A stretch of DNA of 64,000 nucleotides, taken from positions 3,657 through 67,656 of the forward strand of contig CAYOQL010000006.1 in assembly GCA_964406085.1 (NCBI GenBank). The letters run 5' to 3'. Source of the DNA: an uncultured Herminiimonas sp. Lineage in GTDB: Bacteria > Pseudomonadota > Gammaproteobacteria > Burkholderiales > Burkholderiaceae_D. The notes below the pieces were generated by a model. It was not told where the DNA came from, did no database searches, and saw only the letters and a list, made by a program, of their open reading frames with translations. Below are positions 1 through 10,825 of this stretch, piece after piece (position 1 is the first letter of the stretch; every line of letters begins with the position of its first letter). The position numbers were made by a program, and so were the translations under genes.

Positions 1-567
1 ATTGCAGTCGGTTGCGGACGCACCGGCACTTTCTTTGCGTGTGAACAGGCCGCGATCTGGCCGGACTTTTTATGTCTGTCGAAAGGCATCAGCGGCGGTT
101 ATCTGCCCCTGTCCCTGGTGATGACGCGCGACGAAATTTATCAATCCTTCTATGACGTCGATGTGAAGCGCGGCTTTTTGCATTCGCATTCCTACACCGG
201 CAATCCGCTCGCCTGCCGTGCTGCACTGGCGACGCTGGCGATTTTTGAAGAAGACGATGTCATCCACAGCAATCGCGCGCATGCCACGCATTTGACCAAG
301 GCGCTGGCACCGCTGGCGACGCATGAACAGGTGGCGAACTTCCGCCATCGCGGCATGATATGGGCCTTTGATGCGGTGATCGACAGTCCGCAAGCGGCTG
401 CGACGTTCTCGCAGCGCTTCTTCTCGACCGCGCTGGAACATGAGTTGCTGTTGCGCCCTATCGGCAACACGGTCTATCTGATGCCGCCGTATATTTTGAG
501 CAGCGAAGAAATCGAAGAGCTTGCTGCGCGCGTACAAACCGTTTTTGCAAAAGTGATGGCGGCATGA
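1..567 (+). CDS. bioA: Adenosylmethionine-8-amino-7-oxononanoate aminotransferase, C-terminal part (5' end outside window)
   Basis: Frame 1 is open from base 1. Translation [38 protein letters not shown]...[10 protein letters not shown] matches class-III PLP aminotransferase/BioA motifs. The stop overlaps the bioF ATG (ATGA). Confidence 0.85.
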   Translation: MAVGCGRTGTFFACEQAAIWPDFLCLSKGISGGYLPLSLVMTRDEIYQSFYDVDVKRGFLHSHSYTGNPLACRAALATLAIFEEDDVIHSNRAHATHLTKALAPLATHEQVANFRHRGMIWAFDAVIDSPQAAATFSQRFFSTALEHELLLRPIGNTVYLMPPYILSSEEIEELAARVQTVFAKVMAA

Positions 568-1748
568 GCAGATTGATTGCGGAACTGGATGCGCAGCTGG
601 CGCATATTGACGCACAAAGCCTGCGTCGTCGCCGTCGCGTCACCGAAACCCCATCCACGCCACGCGTGCACGTCGATGGCCGTGCGATGCTGGCGTTTTG
701 CAGCAATGATTATCTGGGTTTGGCAGCGCATCCGAAAATCATCGCAGCCTTGCAGCAAGGTGCCGCACTCTATGGCGCTGGCAGCGGCGCATCGCATTTG
801 ATCAGCGGTCACTCGCGTGCGCATGCGCAGCTGGAAGAGCGGCTCGCCGAATTCGTCGCGCCGCAAATCGACAATGCACGTGCGCTGTATTTCTGCACCG
901 GCTATATGGCGAACCTGGCGATGCTGGGTGCGCTGGCCGGGAGCGACGCCGATCTGTTTTCCGAATCGCTGAATCATGCATCGCTGATCGATGGCGCGCG
1001 TTTGTCGCGTGCGAACGTGCAGGTTTATCCGCACGGCGACCTCGAAAAATTATCCGCCTTGCTCGCCGCCAGCACCGCTGCGAAAAAGATGGTGGTAACC
1101 GACAGTGTCTTCAGCATGGATGGCGACCTGGCCGATTTGCCGCGCTTGCTGGCTTTGTGCGAACAGCATGACGCGTGGCTGGTGGTCGATGATGCGCACG
1201 GCTTTGGTGTGCTCGGTGCCGACGGTCGTGGCGTGCTCGAACATTTCAATCTGCGCTCGCCGAATCTGGTTTACATGGGCACGCTCGGCAAGGCGGCTGG
1301 TGTGGCTGGTGCCTTCGTCGCTGCGCATGCGAGCGTGATCGAATGGATGGTGCAGCGCGCCCGTCCTTATATTTATACAACGGCTGCGCCGCCTGCAGTC
1401 GCGCATGCACTGCTGACCAGTCTGGATATTATTGAAGGCGCGGAAGGTGCAGCACGCCGGACGCAATTGCACAGCCTGATCGCGCAATTTTCACAAACCC
1501 TGCAATTGAGCACATGGCAGACCATGGCATCCGCTACCGCGATTCAACCGGTCGTGATCGGCGCGAATGATGTGGCGATGCAAGTCGCTGCCGATTTATA
1601 CGCGCGCGGCATCTGGGTGCCGGCGATTCGTCCGCCGACTGTGCCTGCCGGTACTGCGCGTTTGCGCGTGACGCTGTCGGCTGCGCATACGGCTGTCGAT
1701 GTCGCGCAACTGGTCGATATGCTGCAGCAACTGGAAAAGGAAATCTGA
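564..1748 (+). CDS. bioF: 8-amino-7-oxononanoate synthase
   Basis: 394 aa. Motifs [18 protein letters not shown] and GTLGKA (PLP lysine) are typical of the BioF/KBL family. It sits between bioA and bioD. Confidence 0.9.
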   Translation: MSRLIAELDAQLAHIDAQSLRRRRRVTETPSTPRVHVDGRAMLAFCSNDYLGLAAHPKIIAALQQGAALYGAGSGASHLISGHSRAHAQLEERLAEFVAPQIDNARALYFCTGYMANLAMLGALAGSDADLFSESLNHASLIDGARLSRANVQVYPHGDLEKLSALLAASTAAKKMVVTDSVFSMDGDLADLPRLLALCEQHDAWLVVDDAHGFGVLGADGRGVLEHFNLRSPNLVYMGTLGKAAGVAGAFVAAHASVIEWMVQRARPYIYTTAAPPAVAHALLTSLDIIEGAEGAARRTQLHSLIAQFSQTLQLSTWQTMASATAIQPVVIGANDVAMQVAADLYARGIWVPAIRPPTVPAGTARLRVTLSAAHTAVDVAQLVDMLQQLEKEI

Positions 1749-1749
1749 C

Positions 1750-2496
1750 GTGAATAAACCCGTGACAGCGTCTTTCAGTTGTTTCGTTACCGGCACCGAT
1801 ACTGAAATCGGCAAGACGCTGATTTCCACCGCAATCCTGCATGCGCTGGTGCAAACCGGGGTGCGGGCGGCGGCGATCAAATCGGTGGCGGCTGGCGCGC
1901 ATCCGGTTCAGACAGCCGATGGCGAGGTCTGGCACAATGACGACGCTGACGCTTTGGCGCAGGCGGCAAATGTGGTTTTGCCGCGAAATTTGGCCGTGCC
2001 GTACCTGTTCAAAACCGCCGCCGCACCGCACGTTGCCGCCAGGTTGGAGAATGTTGCAATAGATATCGCGTATATACGCCGATGTTATGCGCAAGTGGTT
2101 GAAATGGCGGACGCGGTCGTGGTGGAGGGGGTGGGCGGCTTTTGCGTACCCTTGTCGGATGATGCCGATACTGCAGATTTGGCCCAACAACTGGCATTGC
2201 CGGTCATAATGGTGGTCGGGCTGCGGCTCGGTTGCCTGAATCACGCTTTATTGACTGCCGATGCGATCGCCGCACGCGGTCTGAAGCTGGTGGGTTGGGT
2301 GGCCAATACCGTCGATGCTGGCATGGCCTATGCTGGGGATAATGTCGAAGCATTGTCGGCCCGTTTGTCCGCACCGTTGCTGGGTTGTGTGCCGCGCCTG
2401 TCGGTTGATGATGATCAACAACATGCGCCCTTGCCTGCTGCAGCGGCTGCTTTTCTGGATTTTTCGTGTTTGCCTGGCTGGCCCAAGTCGGCCTGA
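1750..2496 (+). CDS. bioD: Dethiobiotin synthetase (GTG start chosen just after the bioF stop)
   Basis: N-terminus FVTGTDTEIGKT is the BioD P-loop. The in-frame GTG at 1750 avoids a 50-nt overlap with bioF. Confidence 0.88.
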   Translation: MNKPVTASFSCFVTGTDTEIGKTLISTAILHALVQTGVRAAAIKSVAAGAHPVQTADGEVWHNDDADALAQAANVVLPRNLAVPYLFKTAAAPHVAARLENVAIDIAYIRRCYAQVVEMADAVVVEGVGGFCVPLSDDADTADLAQQLALPVIMVVGLRLGCLNHALLTADAIAARGLKLVGWVANTVDAGMAYAGDNVEALSARLSAPLLGCVPRLSVDDDQQHAPLPAAAAAFLDFSCLPGWPKSA

Positions 2497-2534
2497 CAAA
2501 CGCTAGCTTTGAATTTTAGTCAGGAGTTTTTTCT

Positions 2535-3566
2535 ATGTCGTCGCAACCATCGTCGCAAGCAGTAACCTTCCAGGCGCCTGTCGCTCCTATCGTCCCGACC
2601 GCGTGGCCGGTGGATGATGTACTCGCGCTGTTCAACCTCCCATTCAATGAATTGATGTTCCGCGCGCAAACCGTGCACCGCGAAAACTTCGATCCGTCGG
2701 AAGTGGAATTGGCGACCTTGCTGTCGATCAAAACCGGCGGCTGCCCGGAAGATTGCGGCTACTGTCCGCAAGCTGCGCGCTACGATACGGGCGTGACGGC
2801 ACAAAAAATTCTGCCTTTGGAAGAAGTGCTGGCCGCTGCCCGCGAAGCAAAATCGCATGGCGCGACGCGTTTCTGCATGGGCGCTGCATGGCGTGAACCA
2901 AAAGATCGCGATCTGGAAAAGGTCGAAGAGATGGTGCGCGAAGTCAAGGCGATGGGCATGGAAACCTGCGCCACACTCGGCATGCTGGGCGAAGGCCAGG
3001 CTGAAAAACTGAAAAACGCCGGCCTCGATTACTACAATCACAATCTCGATACCGCGCCTGAATTCTATTCCAACGTGATCTCGACCCGCGATTACCAAAA
3101 CCGCATCGACACCCTCGGCCGTGTGCGTGGCGCAGGCATCAAGGTTTGCTGCGGCGGTATTGTCGGCATGGGCGAATCGCGTTTGCAACGCGCCGGCCTG
3201 ATTGCGCAATTGTGCAATATGGATCCGTATCCTGAATCGGTACCAGTCAACAATCTGGTGCAAGTCGAAGGCACGCCTTTGCACGGCACTGATCCTATCG
3301 ATCCTCTGGAATTCGTACGCACCGTCGCAGTGGCACGCATCACGATGCCGAAAGCACGCGTACGTTTGTCTGCCGGTCGTCGCGAAATGGGCGAAGCGAT
3401 ACAGGCATTGTGTTTCGTCGCTGGCGCAAACTCGATTTTCTATGGCGACAAGTTACTGACGACCGGCAATCCGGAAGCACTGGCTGATCAAGAATTGCTG
3501 GAAAAGCTCGGCATGCATACACGCAGCACCGCGATCGATGCGCGTTGCGATGTGACGCCGCAGTAA
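2535..3566 (+). CDS. bioB: Biotin synthase (radical SAM)
   Basis: 343 aa. Carries the [10 protein letters not shown] radical-SAM cluster motif and [12 protein letters not shown]-like RBS lies upstream. Confidence 0.95.
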   Translation: MSSQPSSQAVTFQAPVAPIVPTAWPVDDVLALFNLPFNELMFRAQTVHRENFDPSEVELATLLSIKTGGCPEDCGYCPQAARYDTGVTAQKILPLEEVLAAAREAKSHGATRFCMGAAWREPKDRDLEKVEEMVREVKAMGMETCATLGMLGEGQAEKLKNAGLDYYNHNLDTAPEFYSNVISTRDYQNRIDTLGRVRGAGIKVCCGGIVGMGESRLQRAGLIAQLCNMDPYPESVPVNNLVQVEGTPLHGTDPIDPLEFVRTVAVARITMPKARVRLSAGRREMGEAIQALCFVAGANSIFYGDKLLTTGNPEALADQELLEKLGMHTRSTAIDARCDVTPQ

Positions 3567-3586
3567 TTAGAATTTGTAGTGTAGAG

Positions 3587-3618
3587 ACGGCCGGTTGAAT
3601 CTTCGACCGGCCGTTTTT
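3587..3618 (+). terminator. Rho-independent terminator after bioB
   Basis: ACGGCCGGT-N10-ACCGGCCGT followed by a T run. Confidence 0.7.
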
Positions 3619-3722
3619 CCATCTGAAACAAGTTTTTCTTTGCAGTAAATTCTTGTATTAAATTCTTGCAGTAGAACTTGCGCCAATCTCGTTTTGAATT
3701 CTGTTTTATCGAGGTCACTTAA

Positions 3723-4655
3723 TTGATTTCTTCCAACCTGCCCGCATCCGTCAAGATCATAGAAGTCGGCCCACGCGACGGTTTGCAGAACGAACAGCAA
3801 ACTATCAGCGCCGACGTTAAGATCGAACTGGTCAATCGCCTGTCGCAAGCCGGCTTCGTCAATATCGAGGCGACGTCATTTGTGTCGCCAAAATGGGTGC
3901 CGCAAATGGCGACATCCACTGAAGTAATGGCCGGCATTACGCGCAGGCCGGGCACGCTGTATTCGGCCTTGGTGCCGAACATGAAGGGTTTCGAAGCTGC
4001 ATTGGCGGCCGGTGTGGATGAAGTCGTGATCTTTGCCGCCGCATCGGAAGCGTTTTCGCAAAAGAATATCAATTGTTCGATTGCAGAATCGGTGGAACGC
4101 TTTCGCGAGGTGGCGCGTGCCGCCAAGGAAAACAAGATGCGTTTGCGCGGCGCCCTGAGCTGCGCCTTCGGTTGCCCGTATCAGGGTGAGGTCTCGACCG
4201 ATAGCGTGGCGAGCGTGGTGCAGCAATTGCGCGATCTCGGGTGCGATGAAATCGATATCGCCGACACGATAGGGGTGGCGACGCCACGTCATGTGCAAAC
4301 GGTGATGCAACGCGCAGCACAGGAATTCCCGATCGCCGGTTTGTCCGGTCATTTCCACGACACCTACGGGCAGGCGCTGGCGAATATTTACGCCAGCCTG
4401 GAAGTCGGCATCACGATTTATCATGCATCGGTTGCCGGTCTCGGCGGCTGCCCGTATGCCAAAGGCGCGACCGGCAATGTTGCGACTGAAGACGTGCTGT
4501 ACATGATGCGCGGACTAGGGATAGCAACCGGTATCGATTTCGATGCAGTGGTCGATGCCGGGCAATTCATTTCCGCGCAGCTGGGCCGCAAGGCGGCCAG
4601 TCGCGCCGGCAATGCGATTGCAGCGAAACGATCAGGCAATGCTGGCTGCGTCTGA
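3723..4655 (+). CDS. Hydroxymethylglutaryl-CoA lyase family protein (TTG start)
   Basis: VKIIEVGPRDGLQNE near the N-terminus and a GLGGCPYA motif are typical of the HMGL-like family. Confidence 0.85.
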   Translation: MISSNLPASVKIIEVGPRDGLQNEQQTISADVKIELVNRLSQAGFVNIEATSFVSPKWVPQMATSTEVMAGITRRPGTLYSALVPNMKGFEAALAAGVDEVVIFAAASEAFSQKNINCSIAESVERFREVARAAKENKMRLRGALSCAFGCPYQGEVSTDSVASVVQQLRDLGCDEIDIADTIGVATPRHVQTVMQRAAQEFPIAGLSGHFHDTYGQALANIYASLEVGITIYHASVAGLGGCPYAKGATGNVATEDVLYMMRGLGIATGIDFDAVVDAGQFISAQLGRKAASRAGNAIAAKRSGNAGCV

Positions 4656-4767
4656 GTGCAGAGGGATTTCAGTGCAATGAAAAAGTGACGCACGCCTGAA
4701 GCTATGGCGTGCAGCGCGACTTGCAATGTGACTGGCAATCGGAGCTGCAATACAAATTACAGTGGAA

Positions 4768-4806
4768 TAAAAAACGGGACGCGCCGAATTGGCCGCATCC
4801 CGTTTT
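4768..4806. terminator. Imperfect hairpin flanked by A and T runs between convergent genes
   Basis: AAAAAACGGGACGCGCC...GGCCGCATCCCGTTTT lies between the HMG-CoA lyase (+) and dctM (-) 3' ends. Confidence 0.5.
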
Positions 4807-4822
4807 GATGTGCGACGCAGGT

Positions 4823-6790
4823 CTATTTGTACAGCACGCCTGGCAGCCACATGCCGATTGCAGGGAAGGTATAGAGCAAAATCAAGGCAATGATCTGCAG
4901 CCCCATGAATGGCAGCATGCCGAGGAAAATCTGGTTCAGTGTCACATGCGGTGGTGCGACGCCTTTCAGATAAAACGCCGACATCGCAACTGGCGGTGAC
5001 AGGAAGGCGGTTTGCAGATTCATCGCCACCAGCAATCCAAAGAACAGTGGATCGACATCGAAGTGGGCAAGCAGAGGAATAAAAATCGGCATGAAGATCA
5101 CGATGATCTCTGTCCATTCCAGCGGCCAGCCGAGCAGGAAGATGATCACTTGCGCGAGGATCATGAATTGCAAGGGTGTCATGTCGAGCGACAGAACCCA
5201 GTCATTGATGATTTCCTGTCCGCCCAGCAATGCAAACGAGGCCGAGAATATGCTTGAGCCGACAAACAGCCAGCACACCATCGCACTGGTCTTGGTCGCC
5301 AGATAGGCAGATTCCTTGAGCATCGTAAAGTTGAAGCGACGATACGCCGCCGCCAGCAAGATGCCGCCGAACGCCCCCATCGCTGCTGCCTCCGTCGGCG
5401 TTGCCAGCCCGAACACGATACTGCCAAGGACCGCAAGAATCATGAAGGCTAGCGGAAACAGCGAGCCCAGCAGCATCTTGAAAATCTCCAGCCGCGCAAA
5501 AGTAAAAAACGCATAGAAGGCAATCAGCAGCGTCAGTCCGACCGCGAATGTTATCCAGTAATTTTGCGGCGCACTTTTTCGTTCTGCCGGCGTAGCGGCT
5601 GAACTGATTGTCGGGCTGGTTTCTTGCGACGACACCGAAGCTGGTGGAGCGGCTTCTTGCAATGGCTCTGCAAGCGTGCCGTCCACTGGTGGTTCGGCCA
5701 GCGCTCCTCCCACTGGTGGCTCGGCGAGTGATTCTTCTGCCGGTGGCTCACCGAAGCCGTTATCCGATGAAAATTCGTCGCCGGTAAAACTCTGCGCACC
5801 AGAACCCATCTCTACCAATTCCGTTTGGGCCGCATCGGGCGCAGTGACCATGCGATAGCTCAAGCCCATCACCAGCGCAAAAGCCAATGCCGGCAAAAGG
5901 GCGATGAACAATTGCGACAACAAGGTGCCCACAGGAACATCGGCAGCACGCTTGCCCTTTAATGCACCCAGCAAACCTGGCAGCGCCTTCTTGCTGATGT
6001 TGGTGGAAATATGTTCGGCAAAGACGGGTAGATCCACGCGGCGATCTGCTGCAGATAATGGCGGAGCCATGCGGGGTTTGAGCTTTGCCAGGATGATGAC
6101 ATAGCCGATATACATCGCAGCCAGCATGACGCCTGGAAAAAATGCACCGGCATACAGCTTGACCACCGATACGCCAGCGGTCGCACCATAGACGATCAAT
6201 AGGACTGATGGCGGAATAAGGATCCCCAGACAGCCGCCTGCGGTAATGGCACCGGCCGACAATTGCGTGCTATAGCCAGCCTTCAGCATGGCAGGCAAGG
6301 CCAGCAGCCCCATCAAGGTCACCACTGCGCCGACAATGCCGGTCGCTGTCGCAAACACGGCACAGGTGATGATGGTGGCGACGGCAAGCGAACCCGGCAC
6401 CCGTGCCATGGCAATGTGCAGGCTCTTGAACAGCTTCTCGATCAGATTGGCGCGTTCAACCAGATAGCCCATGAAGATGAACAGCGGGATAGAGATCAGC
6501 ACATCGTTGGCCATGACCGAATAGGCGCGTTGCACCATCAAATCCAGCGTTTGCTGCGTTGCCAGAGAGGGATCGCGACTGTAAAACGCGAACCATGCAA
6601 ACATCACCCCCATCCCCATCAGTGTAAATGCTGTCGGGAAACCGAGCATGATCGCGACCACTACCAGTGCCAGCATCAGCAGGCCGAGATGACCGTTGGT
6701 CATGTTTTCCGGCGACGGCATCAAGATAAAAAGTCCGACCACAATTGCGACCAGAATGGAGATTCCAAACCATACTTCTTTTCTCATCAC
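4823..6790 (-). CDS. dctM: TRAP transporter large permease (DctM-like) with a central low-complexity insertion
   Basis: 655 aa, polytopic hydrophobic protein. It overlaps the small-subunit gene by 4 nt and lies in an operon with DctQ/DctP-like genes. Confidence 0.85.
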   Translation of the reverse strand: MMRKEVWFGISILVAIVVGLFILMPSPENMTNGHLGLLMLALVVVAIMLGFPTAFTLMGMGVMFAWFAFYSRDPSLATQQTLDLMVQRAYSVMANDVLISIPLFIFMGYLVERANLIEKLFKSLHIAMARVPGSLAVATIITCAVFATATGIVGAVVTLMGLLALPAMLKAGYSTQLSAGAITAGGCLGILIPPSVLLIVYGATAGVSVVKLYAGAFFPGVMLAAMYIGYVIILAKLKPRMAPPLSAADRRVDLPVFAEHISTNISKKALPGLLGALKGKRAADVPVGTLLSQLFIALLPALAFALVMGLSYRMVTAPDAAQTELVEMGSGAQSFTGDEFSSDNGFGEPPAEESLAEPPVGGALAEPPVDGTLAEPLQEAAPPASVSSQETSPTISSAATPAERKSAPQNYWITFAVGLTLLIAFYAFFTFARLEIFKMLLGSLFPLAFMILAVLGSIVFGLATPTEAAAMGAFGGILLAAAYRRFNFTMLKESAYLATKTSAMVCWLFVGSSIFSASFALLGGQEIINDWVLSLDMTPLQFMILAQVIIFLLGWPLEWTEIIVIFMPIFIPLLAHFDVDPLFFGLLVAMNLQTAFLSPPVAMSAFYLKGVAPPHVTLNQIFLGMLPFMGLQIIALILLYTFPAIGMWLPGVLYK

Positions 6791-7404
6791 TGGCTCCCGG
6801 ACTGTTTGATGGCGAATTGATCAGCTTCAGCGATGTCCTTGATATGGACCATCGCTTTCAACTGGTCGACGTCAACTTCTTCTACATCCTTCACGCGCGT
6901 TGGCCATTCGCCATCGCGCAGACAAATGATGCAGCGTATGATTTCCACCACGCCTTGTATTAGTAAAAGGACGCCAGAGATCGGGATGACCATCTTGAAT
7001 GGATAGAGCGGCGGACCGTTGGCAGTGAGCGTGGAGTGCTCGTTGATGGCCAGGGATTCTGCCGCATAGGTGTAGCCGGCCCAAACCAGCGCGCTGACAC
7101 CGGGAATAAAGAAGACGAAGTAAAGGATGAGGTCCAGCCCGGCTTGCAGACGCGGCGGGAAAAATCCGTACAGCACATCGCCGCGCACATGGCCGTTTTT
7201 TGCCAATGTGTAAGCGCCTGCCATCATGAAGGCGGTGCCATACATCATGATCATCAGATCGAATGACCAGGGATTGGGATGGTTGAGTACGTAACGTGAA
7301 AAGACTTCCCACGAGATGAGTAGGGTCAGCGCCACGATAAGCCAGGAAAATGCCTGGCCGACCCAGCTGCTCACCTTGTCGATGAAAAGTAAAATGTTCT
7401 GCAT
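6787..7404 (-). CDS. dctQ: TRAP transporter small permease (DctQ-like)
   Basis: 205 aa with four hydrophobic segments. Positioned between the DctP and DctM homologues. Confidence 0.8.
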   Translation of the reverse strand: MQNILLFIDKVSSWVGQAFSWLIVALTLLISWEVFSRYVLNHPNPWSFDLMIMMYGTAFMMAGAYTLAKNGHVRGDVLYGFFPPRLQAGLDLILYFVFFIPGVSALVWAGYTYAAESLAINEHSTLTANGPPLYPFKMVIPISGVLLLIQGVVEIIRCIICLRDGEWPTRVKDVEEVDVDQLKAMVHIKDIAEADQFAIKQSGSQ

Positions 7405-7514
7405 GACGACCTCCGAAGAAAAGACAAGTGACGTTGGTCGCTTCGCGACGCCAGTCAGCGTTCATAAAATCCCATCCAGTTGGACTGGATGGGATTGTGT
7501 CGAACGTCGACGCG

Positions 7515-8660
7515 TCAGCCTTTCTTCGGTGCCGCTTTTTGCATGAAGTAATGGTTGTAGGCCATGCGGCGATTATTGTTGGTGTCCATGTCCCACTTCA
7601 TTGCGCGTTCGGCAAAGGCGCGTTGCGATTTTTCCACTTCCTGGAAGAGTGGATTGTCAGCCCCTTTTTTCTTGACGACGTCGTCCCAGATCTTCAGTTG
7701 AGTTTGCAGGATCGTGTCCGGCGTTTTGTAGAATTTCACGCCATCCTTGGTCTGCATGTCGCGATAATCCTTGGAATAGCGATCGATTGCTTTCCACGAC
7801 ATGTCGGCTGAAGCAGCTTCCACCGCATTGGAAATAATGGCCTTCATCTTCGGTGGCAGTGTGTCGTACTTGGTCTTGTTAAAGCTGATCTCGAACTGCT
7901 CCGAGCTTTGGTGGAAGCTTTGCAGCATGCAGACCTTGGATACATCCGGAAAGCCAAGCAGGCGATCCGAGCTGGCGTTGTTGAACTCTGCGCCATCCAG
8001 CAAGCCTCTATCCATGGCCGGCACGATCTCGCCACCCGGCAAAGCATTCACTGCCGCGCCCATTGCGGTAAACAGATCAATTGCCAGGCCGTTGGTGCGG
8101 AATTTCAGGCCCTTGAGATCATCGGTTTTGGTGATCGGTTTTTTGAACCAGCCTAGCGGTTGTGTCGGCATCGGTCCGCTGAGGAAGGAGGTGACGTTGG
8201 CACCGATCGAGTTGTAGAGTTTCTCCAGCAATTCCTTGCCACCGCCGTATTTATGCCATGCCAGCACCATGTTCGCATCCATGCCGAATACCGGGCCGGA
8301 GGTCCACAGCGCAATCGCACTCTGTTTGCCGTAGTTGTAGCCCATCACGCCGTGGCCGCCATCCAGAGTACCTTTGGAAATTGCATCCAGCAAGCCGAAT
8401 GCAGGCACGACCGCACCGGCCGGCAGCACTTCAATCTTCAATTCACCACCAGTCATGTCATTCACTTTTTTAGCGAAATCGAGGGCGTATTCGTGGAAGA
8501 TATCCTTGCTCGGCCAGGTACTTTGGAAGCGCATCTGCGTCACGGATTGTGCCGTGGAGATCATCGGAAAACTGAGGGCGGCGGCAGCGGTGCCGGCGGT
8601 TGCTGTGCCCAGGAACTTGCGGCGAGCGGTGGTCTTGCTCTGATCGTGATTCTTCTTCAT
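7515..8660 (-). CDS. dctP: TRAP transporter periplasmic solute-binding protein with a Tat-like signal
   Basis: 381 aa. The N-terminal RRKFLGTATAGTAAAALSF is a twin-arginine-type signal. First gene of the TRAP operon. Confidence 0.85.
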   Translation of the reverse strand: MKKNHDQSKTTARRKFLGTATAGTAAAALSFPMISTAQSVTQMRFQSTWPSKDIFHEYALDFAKKVNDMTGGELKIEVLPAGAVVPAFGLLDAISKGTLDGGHGVMGYNYGKQSAIALWTSGPVFGMDANMVLAWHKYGGGKELLEKLYNSIGANVTSFLSGPMPTQPLGWFKKPITKTDDLKGLKFRTNGLAIDLFTAMGAAVNALPGGEIVPAMDRGLLDGAEFNNASSDRLLGFPDVSKVCMLQSFHQSSEQFEISFNKTKYDTLPPKMKAIISNAVEAASADMSWKAIDRYSKDYRDMQTKDGVKFYKTPDTILQTQLKIWDDVVKKKGADNPLFQEVEKSQRAFAERAMKWDMDTNNNRRMAYNHYFMQKAAPKKG

Positions 8661-9134
8661 TGTGTATCTCCTTTTATATTTTTAGAAATAACGCTGATTC
8701 ATCACCGACAGACAGCATCCATATGAAATGGCGGCCGGGCTGACGAGCCTAGAATGCGCCTTAACAGAAAGATGTCAAGGTGCGATGCAACACGTTCCAG
8801 GTTTTTTTCTCAGTGATTTGATGCTTGGGTGATGATGTCTCCTTCTTTATTATTTGATGCGATGCCGTGATTCTTTGTGACGTCTTGCGCGTCTAGGGCA
8901 AAGCAGTAAAACAGCATGCTGGTACAGGGCAGGACGGTGTACTGATGAAAAATGCCGCCGTTACCTGCATCAATCTTGATGATGTGAAAATAGTGTCAGA
9001 GCCGACTTCATTTTTAAGCCAGCATGCTTATCTGGTTAAAATGACTTCACTATTTTCACGCGCTTGATCGACACGCCATTATTCGGGCCTTTCCCTTACG
9101 TGATGCTTACAGCAACGCCAACTAATGGAATCAG

Positions 9135-9614
9135 ATGCAAACTATCGAATTGATACAAATTGGTGCGTCGGGTTGTCCACTGTCGGATGTCGGCGAACTT
9201 GACGACATCGCACAGCAGGTATGCGCGGCAACTGCCGCGCTGTATCGAGTCACCGGTTTCGGGCCACCATGGGTGGGTTATCTGGCGCTCCTGGATAGGC
9301 ATCTGGTCGGTGCCTGCGCATTCAAGGCCCCGCCAGCGGAAGGCAAGGTCGAGATTGGCTATTTCACATTTCCCGATGCAGAAGGCCACGGTGTGGCGAC
9401 CATGATGGTGCGGCAGTTGCTGGACATTGTGCTCGCAGAGAATCCGGCATTGACCGTGCGTGCTGAAACCGAAAGTGAAGAAAATTCTTCGAATGCGGTT
9501 TTGAAGAAATTCGGCTTTAACCACGTAGGTACGGCCAACGACCCGGAAGATGGCGAAATCTGGTTATGGCAGTTGGCGGATGTCAAAAAATCGCCGCAGC
9601 CGGGAGTGGAATAA
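9135..9614 (+). CDS. GNAT family N-acetyltransferase
   Basis: 159 aa with a [13 protein letters not shown]-type acetyl-CoA binding segment. Confidence 0.65.
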   Translation: MQTIELIQIGASGCPLSDVGELDDIAQQVCAATAALYRVTGFGPPWVGYLALLDRHLVGACAFKAPPAEGKVEIGYFTFPDAEGHGVATMMVRQLLDIVLAENPALTVRAETESEENSSNAVLKKFGFNHVGTANDPEDGEIWLWQLADVKKSPQPGVE

Positions 9615-9618
9615 ATAC

Positions 9619-9951
9619 ATGTTTGAAATCAAGACTATCGCGCTTTTCATCGTTACAGCGGTTGCCGAGATTGTCGGCTGTTATCTGCCGTATCTGTGGC
9701 TACGCCACGCCGCGTCGGCCTGGTTGCTGATTCCCGCAGCGCTCAGCCTCGCGCTATTTGCGTGGTTGCTTACCTTGCATCCGGAAGCCAGCGGCCGTGT
9801 CTATGCCGCCTACGGTGGCGTCTACGTCAGTGCTGCACTAGTTTGGCTGTGGGTCGTCGATGGCATCAAACCTTCCGTCTGGGATGCGGCGGGTGTTGCC
9901 TGCACCTTGCTGGGGATGGCCATCATCATGTTTGCCCCGCGTCATGCGTAG
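9619..9951 (+). CDS. YnfA/UPF0060 family small membrane protein
   Basis: [27 protein letters not shown]... with four TM segments. The internal ATG was chosen over the upstream in-frame extension. Confidence 0.75.
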   Translation: MFEIKTIALFIVTAVAEIVGCYLPYLWLRHAASAWLLIPAALSLALFAWLLTLHPEASGRVYAAYGGVYVSAALVWLWVVDGIKPSVWDAAGVACTLLGMAIIMFAPRHA

Positions 9952-10189
9952 AAAGAAAGTGGATCCTGCCGAATTTGGCCGGCTGCTTGCCGGCATTGAT
10001 CTCGCGGCAAACGCAGGCGCGTTGCCGTCACCGTGTATCGGTATTTGCAGGGTGGATGCAAGCACTCGTTTTTGCGTAGGCTGCCTGCGCACCATAGATG
10101 AAATCGCGACATGGGGTGGTGCCAGTGAAGGCGACAAGCGCAGTATATGGACGGCGCTTCGACAACGCTATGATGCCAGCTTGTCCTGA
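9944..10189 (+). CDS. DUF1289 family Fe-S-like small protein
   Basis: [29 protein letters not shown] cysteine motif. The start overlaps the ynfA-like stop. Confidence 0.7.
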   Translation: MRRKKVDPAEFGRLLAGIDLAANAGALPSPCIGICRVDASTRFCVGCLRTIDEIATWGGASEGDKRSIWTALRQRYDASLS

Positions 10190-10259
10190 TGGCAAGATAG
10201 GCGAGAAATTAAATAATATGTGCGATCATCCGTCGCATGAAATCTTACGAAGAAGCGAC

Positions 10260-10721
10260 ATGGAACTGAATTTTTACAAGCCCGCCAAAACAGTCAGCGG
10301 TCCTGCATACAGCAGATGGTTCAAGCTGATGGCGACGATTTTTTCCATTGCGCTGGTGGTCTATGCCATAGATATCGCGCGCCGTTTTCCTTTGCTGGAA
10401 TATGGATTCAGCGTCAAGGCCTTGCTGTTTTTTGCGGCATTGATGTTGGCCATCAGCTACTACTGGTTCTTGCGCTCGACCATCACGATCGACGAGAAAG
10501 GGATTACGCAAACCTGGATGTATAACCGGCATGTCGAATGGCGCGATGTGCGTAGCGCCAAGATGATAGGCGTGCCCTACGCCGGTTGGCTATTCCCGCC
10601 GCGCCTGGTGGTGCGCACGGGTAATTCCTTCACTACTTTCAACGGTGGTACACAAGATATCCTGATCGAGTTCGCACACATATCGCTGGCATTCCAGATG
10701 AAAAAAATGGCAGGCGAATAA
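10260..10721 (+). CDS. Hypothetical membrane protein (two TM segments plus a PH-like C-terminal region)
   Basis: Internal start MELNFYKP. Hydrophobic helices are followed by ITIDEKGITQTW. No family recognised with confidence. Confidence 0.45.
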   Translation: MELNFYKPAKTVSGPAYSRWFKLMATIFSIALVVYAIDIARRFPLLEYGFSVKALLFFAALMLAISYYWFLRSTITIDEKGITQTWMYNRHVEWRDVRSAKMIGVPYAGWLFPPRLVVRTGNSFTTFNGGTQDILIEFAHISLAFQMKKMAGE

Positions 10722-10825
10722 TCCCGGCTGTGCGCTGAAACACTTAGGTTGATTTCCTCGTTTGCCCTTCGAGTCCTGTCCGAAAACGGCTAGACGCTGA
10801 TCCATCCAGCGCGTATAAATGCGCC

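Noticed and set aside
8775-8800. Sigma-54-like promoter (CTGGAACGTGTTGCAT on the minus strand) upstream of the TRAP operon.
   Set aside because: The GG-to-GC spacing is two bases too short for the -24/-12 consensus.
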